DNA of 64,000 nucleotides from Escherichia coli (GTDB lineage: Bacteria; Pseudomonadota; Gammaproteobacteria; Enterobacterales; Enterobacteriaceae), in NCBI RefSeq assembly GCF_036507355.1, contig NZ_AP027877.1. One strand, given 5' to 3'. The translations under genes and the position numbers were made by a program. The notes beneath the pieces are model-generated. The model had not been told where the DNA came from, made no database searches, and was given only the letters and a program-made list of their open reading frames with translations. Within the stretch, counting starts at the first letter, position 1. Each line of letters begins with the position of its first letter. Shown piece after piece: positions 19,073 to 29,606 of this stretch.

Positions 19073-22000
19073 ATGAGATTCCACCCTGAAGGGCCTTCCA
19101 TACCCGATATCCTCTTAGAACGCTGTGATACAGGTCGAGTTGTATTTCTCTGTGGCGCTGGGGTTTCATTACCTTCAGGGATGCCAAGCTTTGTAGAGCT
19201 TACCCAGCATGTAATTGAATACTTTGACCCACCACACGATTCAGAAATCATGGCAGCATTTCGCCCATGGCTTCACGACCAATCTTCAGCTAATGTCCCT
19301 CTCGACCAAATTTTCAACCTCCTACATCTGGAATATGGCAAGGATGAGGTGAATGCTTTGGTATCAAAGCGTCTGGGGACTGCAAGAACTGATATAGAGA
19401 TTGGACGTGAGCATGCCCTGATTAAAAGAATTTCCTCAAATCAGAGTGGTGTCCCACAGATTGTCACAACGAACTTTGACCGACTGTTCGAGGATAACCA
19501 AGCGCAAGATAATCTAACTCGATATGTGCCGCCAGCTTTCCCAAATCTGAATTTCGGTTCGACAATTGAGGGAATAACATATCTTCACGGCCGCCTGGTC
19601 GACGAAAATGCTGTAAACCATCCTTATGTGCTGAGCAGTGCAGACTTTGGAAGAGCATATCTTTCAGAAGGATGGGCGACCAATTTTATTAAGCTTCTTC
19701 TGGAACGATACATCGTTGTTTTGGTCGGTTATCAGGCAGAAGACCCACCAGTTAAATACCTCCTTCAGGGTCTCAATCATGATGGCCAGTATGATCGTTC
19801 CAGACTTTATGCATTTGATCGCGGCCTTGCCGAGGATATCGAAGCCAAATGGCGTGACAGAGGAGTTACAGCCATAGCCTATTCCGATCATCCAGCTCTT
19901 TGGAAGACTTTGGAAGCATGGGCTGAGCGAGTAGATGATCCACGTCGATGGCGAGCTTCTATTATCGCTAAAAGCCAGCAAGATCCGAAAGTTCTAGCAC
20001 CGTATGAACGTGGTCAACTTGCCCATATACTTCGCACTACACAAGGTGCGAAATTGTTCTCTGAAGCTGTTCCTCTTCCCCATCCAGAGTGGCTTTGTGT
20101 GATGGATGCAAATATTCGGTCAGCCAAACAGAAGAAAAGATACTACGAACTTGATGACAATGATGCAGAGACCTTCGATCCACAAGAAGCTTATGGGCTT
20201 GATGACGATCTGCAAGATATCGCTGATGATGAACGTAAACGTGGAGTGAGTAACGATAATCTCCTTGAATAGCGCGACGAAGATGATAACCCGTCAGATT
20301 ACCATCGCTTGGCTGGATGTTTGGAGACAATGCCGAAACGATTGAGCCATCTCATGGTCTGGTTCTGCAAATCTCTTGATAGCCCCGTGATGGCTTGGTG
20401 GGCTATCCGAAAAATCAGTATTCATCCTCTACTACTACAAAATATTGAACGCAATATTGAGCATTCAACATCAATCCACAAACGCGCTCGTCAACTGTGG
20501 GGCTTAATTCTTGAACATCATAAAGATCCCCGCAATCGTCGTTATGACGTCGATTGGTACGACTTAAAAGCTCGAATTACAAAACAAGGCTGGACAGCTG
20601 GTGTCTTACGAGAATTTCGTAGGGTAATGACACCCCGATTGGAAAAGAAGTTGCCGTATGGATTGGGTGAAGTCAGACCGCCAAGCGGCTCCTGGGAGGA
20701 AATTCAGTTCAGCGAATTTGGCCAATTTGAAGTTGTGTTCACCGAAAGACATGATGACGATTTAGACGTACCTGACAATGTATTACTACAAGTATTTAAT
20801 GCCTTAGAAGCGCAAATAATAATTGCCTCCGGAATGTTAGAGGATATTGATACGCACTACTTTCCAAGCCCAAGTTGTTATCCAGAACGTGCGGTTGAAG
20901 GAGAAGAACATTTCGCGAAAGGTGCGGAGGTATTAACTTGGTTTGTCCAACTTTTAGACCGAGTTGTTATGAAGTGGCCAGAATTGGCTAAGGCATAAGT
21001 AACAACTTGGCCAGTTAAGGAGCCATTTTTCTTCCGAAAGCTTAGACTTTATGCATTCAGTAAAAAAGGCGTCTTTGAGGCTGACCGTGTTGCCGAAGAG
21101 CTTTTGTCTTTGGATCAAAGTGGATTTTGGGACACAAATATTACCCGCGAACTTCTTTTTCTGCTCACTGATCGTTGGGAAGAATTCTCGCAAGAAAATC
21201 AGAATCGAATTATAGAGCATATATTAACCGGCCCGAACCATTTACTTTATTTGTCTGAGGAAGACATTCCAAAAGAAAGAGAGATATTAGCAGCTAGATA
21301 CGCTCGTTATCTCGAACTAAACGGCTGTAAAGTAACCACTATTCATCGTGACCAACTAACTGCGATGATTAAAAGAATTCCTGACTGGAATGATGGCTGG
21401 GCTACATCTGTTGTCATCAATTGGGGTTCACGGACAGGTTGGGTTCGTACAGACGAAAAGCCAGATATAATCTTAGATCTTCCAGCAAACGAAATAATCC
21501 CAAAAGTAAAAGAGATACTTAAACGAGAGGATGATAGCTTTACTAGTAGGCAACCCTTTGTCGGATTGATAAAAGAAAATCCGCGTAAAGCTTTGTCTGC
21601 ACTCGCTATTGCAGGGAGAGGCGGTGATTACCCTAAGGAATTTTGGTCGCCAATGATAAGTGAGTTACCTATAGATCTTAAACCAAGGGTGAGACGAGTA
21701 TTCCTGAACCGAATTGTGCGATTGCCAGTTACAGCTTTGGTCGAGTTACGACATACATTAAGTAACTGGCTTGAACAAAATTTAGCTGCGACTCTTGAAT
21801 TTGATGAGGATCTCGGGTGGGCAGTTTACGATCATGTCATAGCAGGCATACTGAGTGGTGGCGCCAGTGCAATACGGAGTAGTTTCGGAGAAGTTATCCG
21901 GAATGGAGAAGTTGTAATACAGTCTCGCCGCACGTTCAGTCATGCAATCAATGGTCCTGTCGGTAAATGTACTCAAGCGCTTTTTCAAGCAATGCCAAGT

Positions 22001-22882
22001 GAAGAGAAAAAAGCTGGTTCGCTTATTCCTTACTCTATTAAGTCTCGTATTGAACATCTTTTTACTGCACCAGGAGAAGGAGCGGACCACGCTATAGCTA
22101 TAACGTCTCGCAATCTAAATTGGCTAATGTTTGTTGATCCTGCATGGGTAAAGGAATGGCTTATACCCCTTTTGGATTTAAAACATCCTGCAGCAGAACC
22201 AGCATGGAATGGTTATCTTCAGTGCAATGCTATGCCTTCAATTGCAGTAGCTGAACTTATTAAACCAGCTTTTCTTAACCTTATCCCTTGGATCGAATCT
22301 CTTTCTTGGGAAAAAGATTATTCAGTTCGAGCTTCGCAATGGCTTGGCTTAATGAGAATGTTTCACCCTGATGAGCCCTCCAGTCCTTCCAGGAATGAAA
22401 TGCGCTCCATATTACGAGCATTATCTGACGAGGCTCGAAATCGTTTTATTTCCTGGTTAGGATTGGTCGGGCAGAAAAACGAGAGTGGCTGGGTTAAGTA
22501 TGTGATCCCATTAATCAGAGAGGACTGGCCCAAAGAACGCCAATATAGAACCACGAGCTCTGTAAAAGCATGGATTGGTTTACTTGACGATACTGGCGAT
22601 AAGTTTCCGGAGGTTTACGATTCAGTAAAAACATACTTAGTACCAATCGAGACAATTGATCATTTGTTCTACAGATTCACTCGGGAGCTCGGTGGTAAAG
22701 GAGCAATTGCGGCTATTTTTCCAGAAACCACGCTTGATTTAATGGACAAAATAACACCACTGATATTCACGCGTACATCAGGAGAGCTGCAGAAGATTCT
22801 TGAGCTAATTGAAGATACAGATACAAGTCTGATCAAGGATTCTCGGTACTTACGGCTTATTGCACTGGTTGAGAAAAATTAG
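19073..22882 (+). pseudogene. ~1270-codon SIR2-domain (DSR-like defence-associated sirtuin) ORF interrupted by two in-frame stop codons (TAG 20270-20272, TAA 20996-20998)
   Basis: Track ORFs 19007-20272, 20309-20998 and 21104-22882 are all in the same frame, and the frame stays open between them. The N-terminal SIR2-type motifs are VFLCGAGVSLPSGMPSF, QIVTTNFDRLFE, YLHGRL and VLVGYQAEDPPV. The rest is a long helical region. Confidence 0.75.
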
Positions 22883-23040
22883 CATTTATGGTTTTTTACC
22901 GTTGTTGATTACTCAGCAACACTTTTCGACATGCCGTAGCGCTTATCGCCTGTTCTTGACTAAGATGAGAAGCAGGCGTTAAAGTTTGGTTAAAGGAGAA
23001 CCTCTAACCATTCCTTCTGGAAGAAATAATCTTTGGAGTA

Positions 23041-23763
23041 TTATTGAAATTGCTCAAATATACCATGCAACCCAATAAATTTTATTTTTAGTGCAGGATC
23101 ATGCCTTAGAACAGTCTCAAGTGAGTTCCGCTCATAAATTATTGATTGTGCTTGTATTGAGCCGTTCCATGAAGGCAAAAGCAGTAAAGCAGATGTTTCC
23201 AAATCAATACCCCACCAATCGTTAACATAGCAATTTAAAAAATCAACAAGAGCCTTAATCGCAATAAAAGCATCTTTTTCGGTATATGTTTCAGGATCGA
23301 GGGATATACCTGATATATTACTTTTAGCTTGCTCGGAATTAATATTAGACTGGTGTTGATAAGCAATTTTTCCTTCACCCGGTTTAGTTTCTATTGTATC
23401 AGTGAAAATTTTAATCTTAGGATGCACCAATGCATTTCGTTGTGCTATTAATTCTTTTATTATTTGTGTTTGAGTGGTTCCACGAGGTAAAGACATGTCT
23501 TTATGCCATTGAAGAGTATAGTCAAATTTATCAAGTGAAGAGAACCTGTCAATTTGATCTTTTAACTTTTGCGTTATTTCTATAGAAGATAAAAATGAGT
23601 TAGCTGCAGCCTCAATAGCGTAGTTAATTGAAAGTACACTTGATTTGGCAAGTGTTTTTTTGATGTGTGATTTTTTTGTTGCAGCTGATAATTCATAAAG
23701 AGTTATTGCATCAGAAAAAAGCTCAAAAAAGCTGTTCTTGGTTATTTCAACTTTTCTTTTCAC
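23041..23763 (-). CDS. ~240-aa protein with a HEPN-type RNxxxH motif (putative RNase effector)
   Basis: The motif ELIAQRNALVHPK (R-N-x3-H) lies in a helical N-terminal half. The probable start is GTG 23763 (GAGGG 6 nt upstream); the track start is TTG 23769. It is the last gene of an AT-rich minus-strand operon. Confidence 0.6.
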   Translation of the reverse strand: MKRKVEITKNSFFELFSDAITLYELSAATKKSHIKKTLAKSSVLSINYAIEAAANSFLSSIEITQKLKDQIDRFSSLDKFDYTLQWHKDMSLPRGTTQTQIIKELIAQRNALVHPKIKIFTDTIETKPGEGKIAYQHQSNINSEQAKSNISGISLDPETYTEKDAFIAIKALVDFLNCYVNDWWGIDLETSALLLLPSWNGSIQAQSIIYERNSLETVLRHDPALKIKFIGLHGIFEQFQ

Positions 23764-23852
23764 ACGCAACCCTCTGCATAAAAAATAAAATCATATAGAC
23801 AGAATACAATTTCCTATAATCTTTACATTCTACTAATTGTGGATATAAATGG

Positions 23853-25325
23853 CTATCGAGAATAAGAACTGGGTTTAGGAAAACCACCTCTGACGACGAC
23901 AACAACAATTGCAACTTGAGATTGACCTGTTGGATGAGTGAATACTTCAATATCATCCTCTATTACTCCCACCGGCGCTGATTTTGACGTTGATTCCAGA
24001 ACAACCAAAATACCGATACGCTTACCTAATCCAATGGCATAAGCTGCTGTTTGATCGAAATATTTTTGAAAATCCTTGGGAAAAAGAACCTTATTATTTT
24101 CAACTTTTAGTTCTATCGGAATGTCTTCAAATGTGAGATCCGTTATCCCGCCAGCAGCCTCTGGATGGCCTTGTAATTTCTCGCCAATCTCATTCCTACT
24201 TCTAAGCATTTCGGCTATTTTACGCTGAAATTTTTGCTCTGATGTGCCAGCAATAAATAAACTAGCTTTAAGAGCTTGTGCTGCAACATTTCCTAAGCCG
24301 CCAAGTATAACCATTGTATTAGCAATGTCATCTGAGTGTAATCCAGGGAAAGCTCGTAATATGTTACGAATTTTTATAAGATGCCTATCGACGTTTGAAA
24401 ATCCAGTTAATGGAGCTTGAGCGGAATCACTCCCTTCAAGTAGTAAGCGCCTATGTCCTACGATAGCAATATTTTGGCAATTACTTAAATTGTCAAACTC
24501 GGCAGCATATAGGAATTCGTAAGGTCTCGAGCCAAATGAATTTGCCACTTCCAAGACGACACGACCGATCCCCTTCAGTGTGAAGGGGCCTTCCCCCTCT
24601 GGTTTCTCAAATCTAAAATCAGGCAACCAGTCTCGCTCACGAGCATCAATTGTCACTGGCTTTAATGAGAGGAAATTTGCACTTTTTGGCCAATTTGAAA
24701 CCCTGACCTCTATGTTAAGGTCATAAGCCGTACCCGGCTTAAGATAATTCCATTGCTGAGCTGGTTCCCCATCAATATCAAACTTTAGAAATGCAACTGT
24801 CGATTCTTGTGTTTTATTCTCTTTTGTCTCTTTACTAGATATTCCTTGCCTAATCTCCTCAATATTTTTATCGCGAAGATTTGCGAATAAGAGTAGTGGC
24901 AATGACCAGCTTGTTAACTGGTCTTGTATTTGTTTTAATGAATCTAATTTACTGATTGAACGGACTTGCTCTATAAATTCATTAAATTGTTTGTTCTCCG
25001 AGAGACTCGTCGTCATGTCGATCTCTGATGCTTTTAATTGTGCTGAATTTAAAAACCTTTGAGCATCAGTCTCAGCATTACGTATAGCATGTTTCCACTC
25101 AGCTAGAGTTACAAATATAGTCATTGCTATATAATATGCACGATATTGATCTTCAACATATCCCTGACCGAGCTCATCGAGCGTTTCATTGAGCTTTTGA
25201 CACGCTTCTTTAAGTTTCACCAAGTCATTCGGAATGGACTTGAGTGCACCATCCAACGCTGCTGCAATCTCAACCCTCGGAGAAAAAGCTTGGCGGAAAA
25301 TCTCGAAATTTGGCTCGTTCTTCAT
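23853..25325 (-). CDS. ~490-aa protein with a C-terminal PD-(D/E)xK nuclease-like domain carrying a RecB/Cas4-type QxxxY motif
   Basis: The start ATG 25325 is preceded by GGAG at 7 nt. The C-terminus reads GGITDLTFEDIPIELKV...YFDQTAAYAIGL (D ... ExK ... QxxxY). It has a helical N-terminus and a beta-rich middle. Confidence 0.65.
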   Translation of the reverse strand: MKNEPNFEIFRQAFSPRVEIAAALDGALKSIPNDLVKLKEACQKLNETLDELGQGYVEDQYRAYYIAMTIFVTLAEWKHAIRNAETDAQRFLNSAQLKASEIDMTTSLSENKQFNEFIEQVRSISKLDSLKQIQDQLTSWSLPLLLFANLRDKNIEEIRQGISSKETKENKTQESTVAFLKFDIDGEPAQQWNYLKPGTAYDLNIEVRVSNWPKSANFLSLKPVTIDARERDWLPDFRFEKPEGEGPFTLKGIGRVVLEVANSFGSRPYEFLYAAEFDNLSNCQNIAIVGHRRLLLEGSDSAQAPLTGFSNVDRHLIKIRNILRAFPGLHSDDIANTMVILGGLGNVAAQALKASLFIAGTSEQKFQRKIAEMLRSRNEIGEKLQGHPEAAGGITDLTFEDIPIELKVENNKVLFPKDFQKYFDQTAAYAIGLGKRIGILVVLESTSKSAPVGVIEDDIEVFTHPTGQSQVAIVVVVVRGGFPKPSSYSR

Positions 25326-27843
25326 ATTCTTTCTCCAACTCAGCCGTAAGACCATTCCATTTTTCAATTAAGTCATTATAGGGTTCGCAAACACTTATGG
25401 CATGTTCAATGCTAGCTGCTTCTGTAACTAAAGCAGCCTTAAGTTTCCATTGTGTATTTCTTTCATCATTTGGAATTTCTTCCAGTAGTTCCTTTAAACA
25501 AACATTTGCAGTTACGTTATCACCACACTTGCTTAACGCAGCCACGTACACTAATGCTTCAATAAATTGTTGAGGTTTAAATGGTTTCAGAGCATTGAAT
25601 GCTTTTTGGAGATCGTCTTTACAATTTCGAAGCTCATTATGTGGCGCTCTTAATATCACTGAGATGCAGTCATCAATAGAAATACTGCGAGTATACTCAT
25701 CCTGAATTGCTTTGAGTGCGACTTTGACAAAACCGGGAATATCATCAAAATGAAAACGCAATCGATTGATAGCATCATAAAGTGCACTTCCTTCTAAAAT
25801 TAATAATATATTAGAAAGAAGCAATCCAATTTTCCCCTTTCTCTCTTCATCTGATAAGCAAAGAGAAGAAAAAACGTCAATGCATTCTACAATGAAATTA
25901 TCTTTTTTATCTTGTTGAATATAATAGCAAATTAGATTCCATAGCCGGGATCTCACAAGTCCCCGTTTCTCCTCAGGAAAAGATCTACGGCTCAAAGCGC
26001 GAACAGCATACTGATGCACCATAACATATTGATCTAATAGCAAGACTGAATATGCTTCGAAGAATAAATCTGGGAAATTCTTCACTAAATCATAGGGAAC
26101 ATTTTCCCACGCTTGTACGGCACGTGCTCGAATCAATGTACTCTCATCCATAAGAGCACGATACCAATCGGAGAGCACTAGTGTTAGGCTGTCAATACCA
26201 GTTAATAACTTAGAAACATGGGCAATCATGTTCCCACGCATTTGAGTTTGTTCTTCTGGTAAGCTTCTATAGAGATGAAGAAAATCATCGATTCCTTCAC
26301 TCCCTCTAGATTTAGCTCCAATCGCAGCCCATTCAATCAATGCACCCTGTAAGCCATCAATAGCATTACGCTTATTACTTTTATCTAAATGATCTAGAAA
26401 ACTCTCATTTATTTCTATGATTTTTTCTTTATTCAACGCCTCAAATTTCTCGCTTAGCGTTGCAGCCGCTCCGATCAAATCGTCAAAATTATCAACTGCA
26501 AGCTCAGCAAATTCGTCCCAAGAGTGTCTAAAGAATTGTCCTGCATCATCCATGCTATCCTCTGGATTTTCCACAGCAGCCCAGAGCAAACGCCTAAAAG
26601 CTATTTTTTGTGTCTTTCCTGTTTTACTTTTTTTTCTATAGTTATTTCGCAGTACAGATCTGTAAGCTCTATTGGCCTCATGTCTCCCAATATCATCTTT
26701 GTCAGCAAGATAGGATTGAATAACTTTATCGCTTTCATCGGGAAATCTATCTAAGTATTTCGTAGCAGCCTCCCGAAGAAAGAAAAGAATGCTGCTATCT
26801 CTCCGCTCCTCCGGGAGTAGAGTCCGTCGACGCATCAGCTTAGCAAATATACTTCTAATATGTCTTAGAAGCAGCTCATCATCATCCGATGCAATAATTA
26901 TCTCAATAGCAAATTGAAATTTTCCCCGGTGAGTATCTTTTATGTATTCATCAACAACATCACAGATATCAGCTTGTCTTTTTTTAAAAAGTGACTGAAT
27001 GGGGCCTTTATTAAGTACTTTTCGCTCAAATGTGCCAATCATCATTCCAGGAGGAGATTCAACAGCCATTCTAACAAAGTGGTAAAGGACTTTTAAGAAA
27101 TCATCTTCAGATAGATTCTCTGCTTCCAAGAGGATTGCTTCTATAGCTGGTGGACAATATTCGAAGTTGTTTATTAAATATACTGAAATTGCCAGTTTTT
27201 CCGCTTGTGATAATTCAGTTCTTATTAAAGCTTTTGCTGCTGGCATTGAATATGGTAATTTCTCATGTAACACTGCAGGCAACAAGTGTTCAATTATTTT
27301 ACTTGTAAATGTCTCAGGTGCCAGATTAGCAAGTTGTTCCAAACGGGGATCGTTGTTCTCTATATCCTCTTGATCGAGTTCATCAAGCAAATCAAGCACA
27401 AACGTTTCTTCTAGAGTAAGTGAAAGACGTAATACTGCTCGTTCTTGTTGTCTATTGAGCTGCTTCTGCTTTCTCTGCCTTTCTTCTTCTTTGCGAGCCA
27501 AATTTCGTTCTTCGGCAGATTTTTCTCTTGGGCCTACAAACTCTAAAATATTGGGAAATCCCACCGGAACCCGTTGATTACAATGTTTACAGTTCTGTTT
27601 ATAGAAGCTGTAAACCGAGTCTTCCAGCAGCCAGCTAAGCATTGAACTTTGCTTAACAAATTTGCATTGAACTCCCATGTGACCAATGGGTAACCCTGTT
27701 TCAGCCTCAATCATGCCTCTCCCCTCTGATCGAATGAATTCAGAGTGAGAACACCAGTTACTAAGTAGGTGTACAGCACGGAGATTTCGTTGACCAGCTT
27801 CGATTGCCTCTTCAAATCTTTTTTTATCTTCAAAATCATCCAT
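25270..27843 (-). CDS. 857-aa all-helical (HEAT/ARM-like) protein with an N-terminal Cys/His cluster. Function unknown.
   Basis: The ATG is preceded by AAGGGTG at 8 nt. The N-terminal cluster is CSH...H-x4-C...CKHC (residues 31-88), followed by a K/R/E-rich coiled coil and ~700 aa of helical repeats. I found no P-loop, DEAD or other catalytic motif. Confidence 0.7.
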   Translation of the reverse strand: MDDFEDKKRFEEAIEAGQRNLRAVHLLSNWCSHSEFIRSEGRGMIEAETGLPIGHMGVQCKFVKQSSMLSWLLEDSVYSFYKQNCKHCNQRVPVGFPNILEFVGPREKSAEERNLARKEEERQRKQKQLNRQQERAVLRLSLTLEETFVLDLLDELDQEDIENNDPRLEQLANLAPETFTSKIIEHLLPAVLHEKLPYSMPAAKALIRTELSQAEKLAISVYLINNFEYCPPAIEAILLEAENLSEDDFLKVLYHFVRMAVESPPGMMIGTFERKVLNKGPIQSLFKKRQADICDVVDEYIKDTHRGKFQFAIEIIIASDDDELLLRHIRSIFAKLMRRRTLLPEERRDSSILFFLREAATKYLDRFPDESDKVIQSYLADKDDIGRHEANRAYRSVLRNNYRKKSKTGKTQKIAFRRLLWAAVENPEDSMDDAGQFFRHSWDEFAELAVDNFDDLIGAAATLSEKFEALNKEKIIEINESFLDHLDKSNKRNAIDGLQGALIEWAAIGAKSRGSEGIDDFLHLYRSLPEEQTQMRGNMIAHVSKLLTGIDSLTLVLSDWYRALMDESTLIRARAVQAWENVPYDLVKNFPDLFFEAYSVLLLDQYVMVHQYAVRALSRRSFPEEKRGLVRSRLWNLICYYIQQDKKDNFIVECIDVFSSLCLSDEERKGKIGLLLSNILLILEGSALYDAINRLRFHFDDIPGFVKVALKAIQDEYTRSISIDDCISVILRAPHNELRNCKDDLQKAFNALKPFKPQQFIEALVYVAALSKCGDNVTANVCLKELLEEIPNDERNTQWKLKAALVTEAASIEHAISVCEPYNDLIEKWNGLTAELEKEYEERAKFRDFPPSFFSEG

Positions 27844-27898
27844 TTAGATAACACCCTTATAAGGAACATGTACTCATCTAAAATGCTGTTACCGGATT

Positions 27899-27927
27899 AT
27901 TATACCTAAAACAATGAATGCTGTGTA
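27899..27927 (-). promoter_or_regulatory. Putative sigma70 promoter of the three-gene operon
   Basis: On the minus strand it reads TACACA (-35, 4/6) - 17 nt - TATAAT (perfect -10), ~50 nt upstream of ATG 27843. Confidence 0.35.
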
Positions 27928-28246
27928 TTATGAAATGTGATATAAGTCAATTAGTTACATATAAAAACCAACTCACATCCAAAAGGATAGTATTTCGAGG
28001 TTTGTAGCATCATTAAATGTGAACTTATTTATCGCCCCCTCAAGTTAACTAATAAATAAGTTATAATTTACATATACTTCTGGAATTTAGAAACCTTATA
28101 TCTAATAGTTGAGTAAGTTAATAATCAACTTGAGTGTGATTCATAAAAAAAATAATTATTATTTTCAGCCCCTCCATTATGGAGGAGCAATAATAGTATA
28201 GTTTTCCTGTATTCCTAACGATCCAGTTAGGCTTAGAGAAATCTAA

Positions 28247-29443
28247 TTATGAAGCACTCCTGAGAGCAACCCTTCCAACTTTATCAATATAATCCGCATA
28301 CCACTGCATCATCTCTCTCCTGCCTTCCAAATACAGCGCATGGTTGTACGTCCCGCGAATCGCATTCTTATCGACATGCGCAAGCTGGGTTTCAATCCAT
28401 GCGGTATTGAACCCTTCCTCATGCAAAATCGTACTCATCGTGTGGCGGAAACCATGCCCCGTTACCTTCCCCGTGTACCCAATCCGCTTAAACACCTGAT
28501 TAATACTCGCTTCGCTCATTGTTTTGCGGGGATCATTCCTCCCAGGAAACACCAGAGGATATTGCCCAGACATCACTTTGAGCTGCTGTACGATCTCCAG
28601 CGCTTGGGTAGAGAGGGGCACCAGGTGAGGCCGTTTCATCTTCATGCGCTCTGCAGGTATTTCCCACACCGCTTTTTCAAGATCAAACTCACTCCAGAAA
28701 GCACCTCGAAGCTCACCGGTGCGAACCCCCGTAAGGATCAGCAAACGTGCGGCAAGAACAACCAGCGGGCTGCCTGTATAGCCAGAAAGAGCTTTAAAGA
28801 AATCTGGTAACTCCTCAACGGTAAGGAAGGGATAATGCTTCGATTCATGCCCTGACATCGCGCTGGTTAGATCCGCAGCCGGATTGTATTCCGCACGACC
28901 GGTAACTATGGCGTAGCGAAAGACTTCGCTGCAGCGCTGGCGAACTTTCTTGGCCTTCTCTGTCGCACCACGGCTTTCCATTCGACGCAGTACATTCAAC
29001 AGAACAAGAGGCTTAATTTCATTGACTGGCTGCTGACCGATATAGGGAAAAATATCTTTATTTAAAGCTTCGATAATGTCCGATGCATACCCTTCTGACC
29101 ATCTGCTCACCTTCGTACCGTGCCACTCAAGCGCCACAGACTGGAACGTATTATTGAGCTGCACATCACGAACCAGCTTTTCTTCTTTCTTGGCAAACGA
29201 TGGATCGATACCCTCGGCCAGCTTTTTCTTGGCTTCATCGCGTAGTGCCCTCGCTTGAGCAAGGGACACTGCCGGATAAACGCCAAAAGCCATACGCTTC
29301 TCTTTTCCATTGAAGCGATATTTCATTCGCCAGTATCGAGAACCAGAGGGAACGACTTCAAGATACAAACCAGCACCATCTGCCAGCTTATAGGCTTTCT
29401 CTCTGGGTTTAGCTGCATCTACCTGTCGCGCATTTAGCTTCAT
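28247..29443 (-). CDS. P4-type tyrosine integrase (398 aa)
   Basis: The start MKLNARQVDAAKPREKAYKLADGAGLYLEVVPSGSRYWRMKYRF is a typical P4-integrase N-terminus. The catalytic residues are LTGVRTGELR, HGFRHT and LAH...GTY. Confidence 0.9.
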   Translation of the reverse strand: MKLNARQVDAAKPREKAYKLADGAGLYLEVVPSGSRYWRMKYRFNGKEKRMAFGVYPAVSLAQARALRDEAKKKLAEGIDPSFAKKEEKLVRDVQLNNTFQSVALEWHGTKVSRWSEGYASDIIEALNKDIFPYIGQQPVNEIKPLVLLNVLRRMESRGATEKAKKVRQRCSEVFRYAIVTGRAEYNPAADLTSAMSGHESKHYPFLTVEELPDFFKALSGYTGSPLVVLAARLLILTGVRTGELRGAFWSEFDLEKAVWEIPAERMKMKRPHLVPLSTQALEIVQQLKVMSGQYPLVFPGRNDPRKTMSEASINQVFKRIGYTGKVTGHGFRHTMSTILHEEGFNTAWIETQLAHVDKNAIRGTYNHALYLEGRREMMQWYADYIDKVGRVALRSAS

Positions 29444-29606
29444 TGGGGGCATCTCCCTGGACCGAACACAGAATGCCCCCACTTATGCCCCCAACTGTAA
29501 CTTGATTCCGGTTGAGTCCAGTTGATAACAGGAGATAAAATACGGGCTAGAAACCGCAGTATACGGGCTTTTAGTTGATTTCGGTAGACTTGGGAAGAGT
29601 TTGAAA

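Noticed and set aside
20270-20998. Programmed stop-codon readthrough or recoding (pyrrolysine/suppression) of the TAG and TAA inside the SIR2 ORF
   Set aside because: E. coli has no Pyl machinery. Two different stop codons would both need suppression, and no recoding signals are evident. A pseudogene is the parsimonious reading.
27844-28246. Possible structured ncRNA or retron-like element in the AT-rich spacer between the integrase and the candidate operon (short inverted repeats CTCAAGTT/AACTTGAG, AGTTGA-12nt-TCAACT, CCTCC-ataat-GGAGG)
   Set aside because: The stems are short (5-8 bp) and AT-rich. There is no reverse transcriptase gene nearby and no conserved msr/msd-like architecture. They are more simply promoter or terminator elements for the flanking genes.
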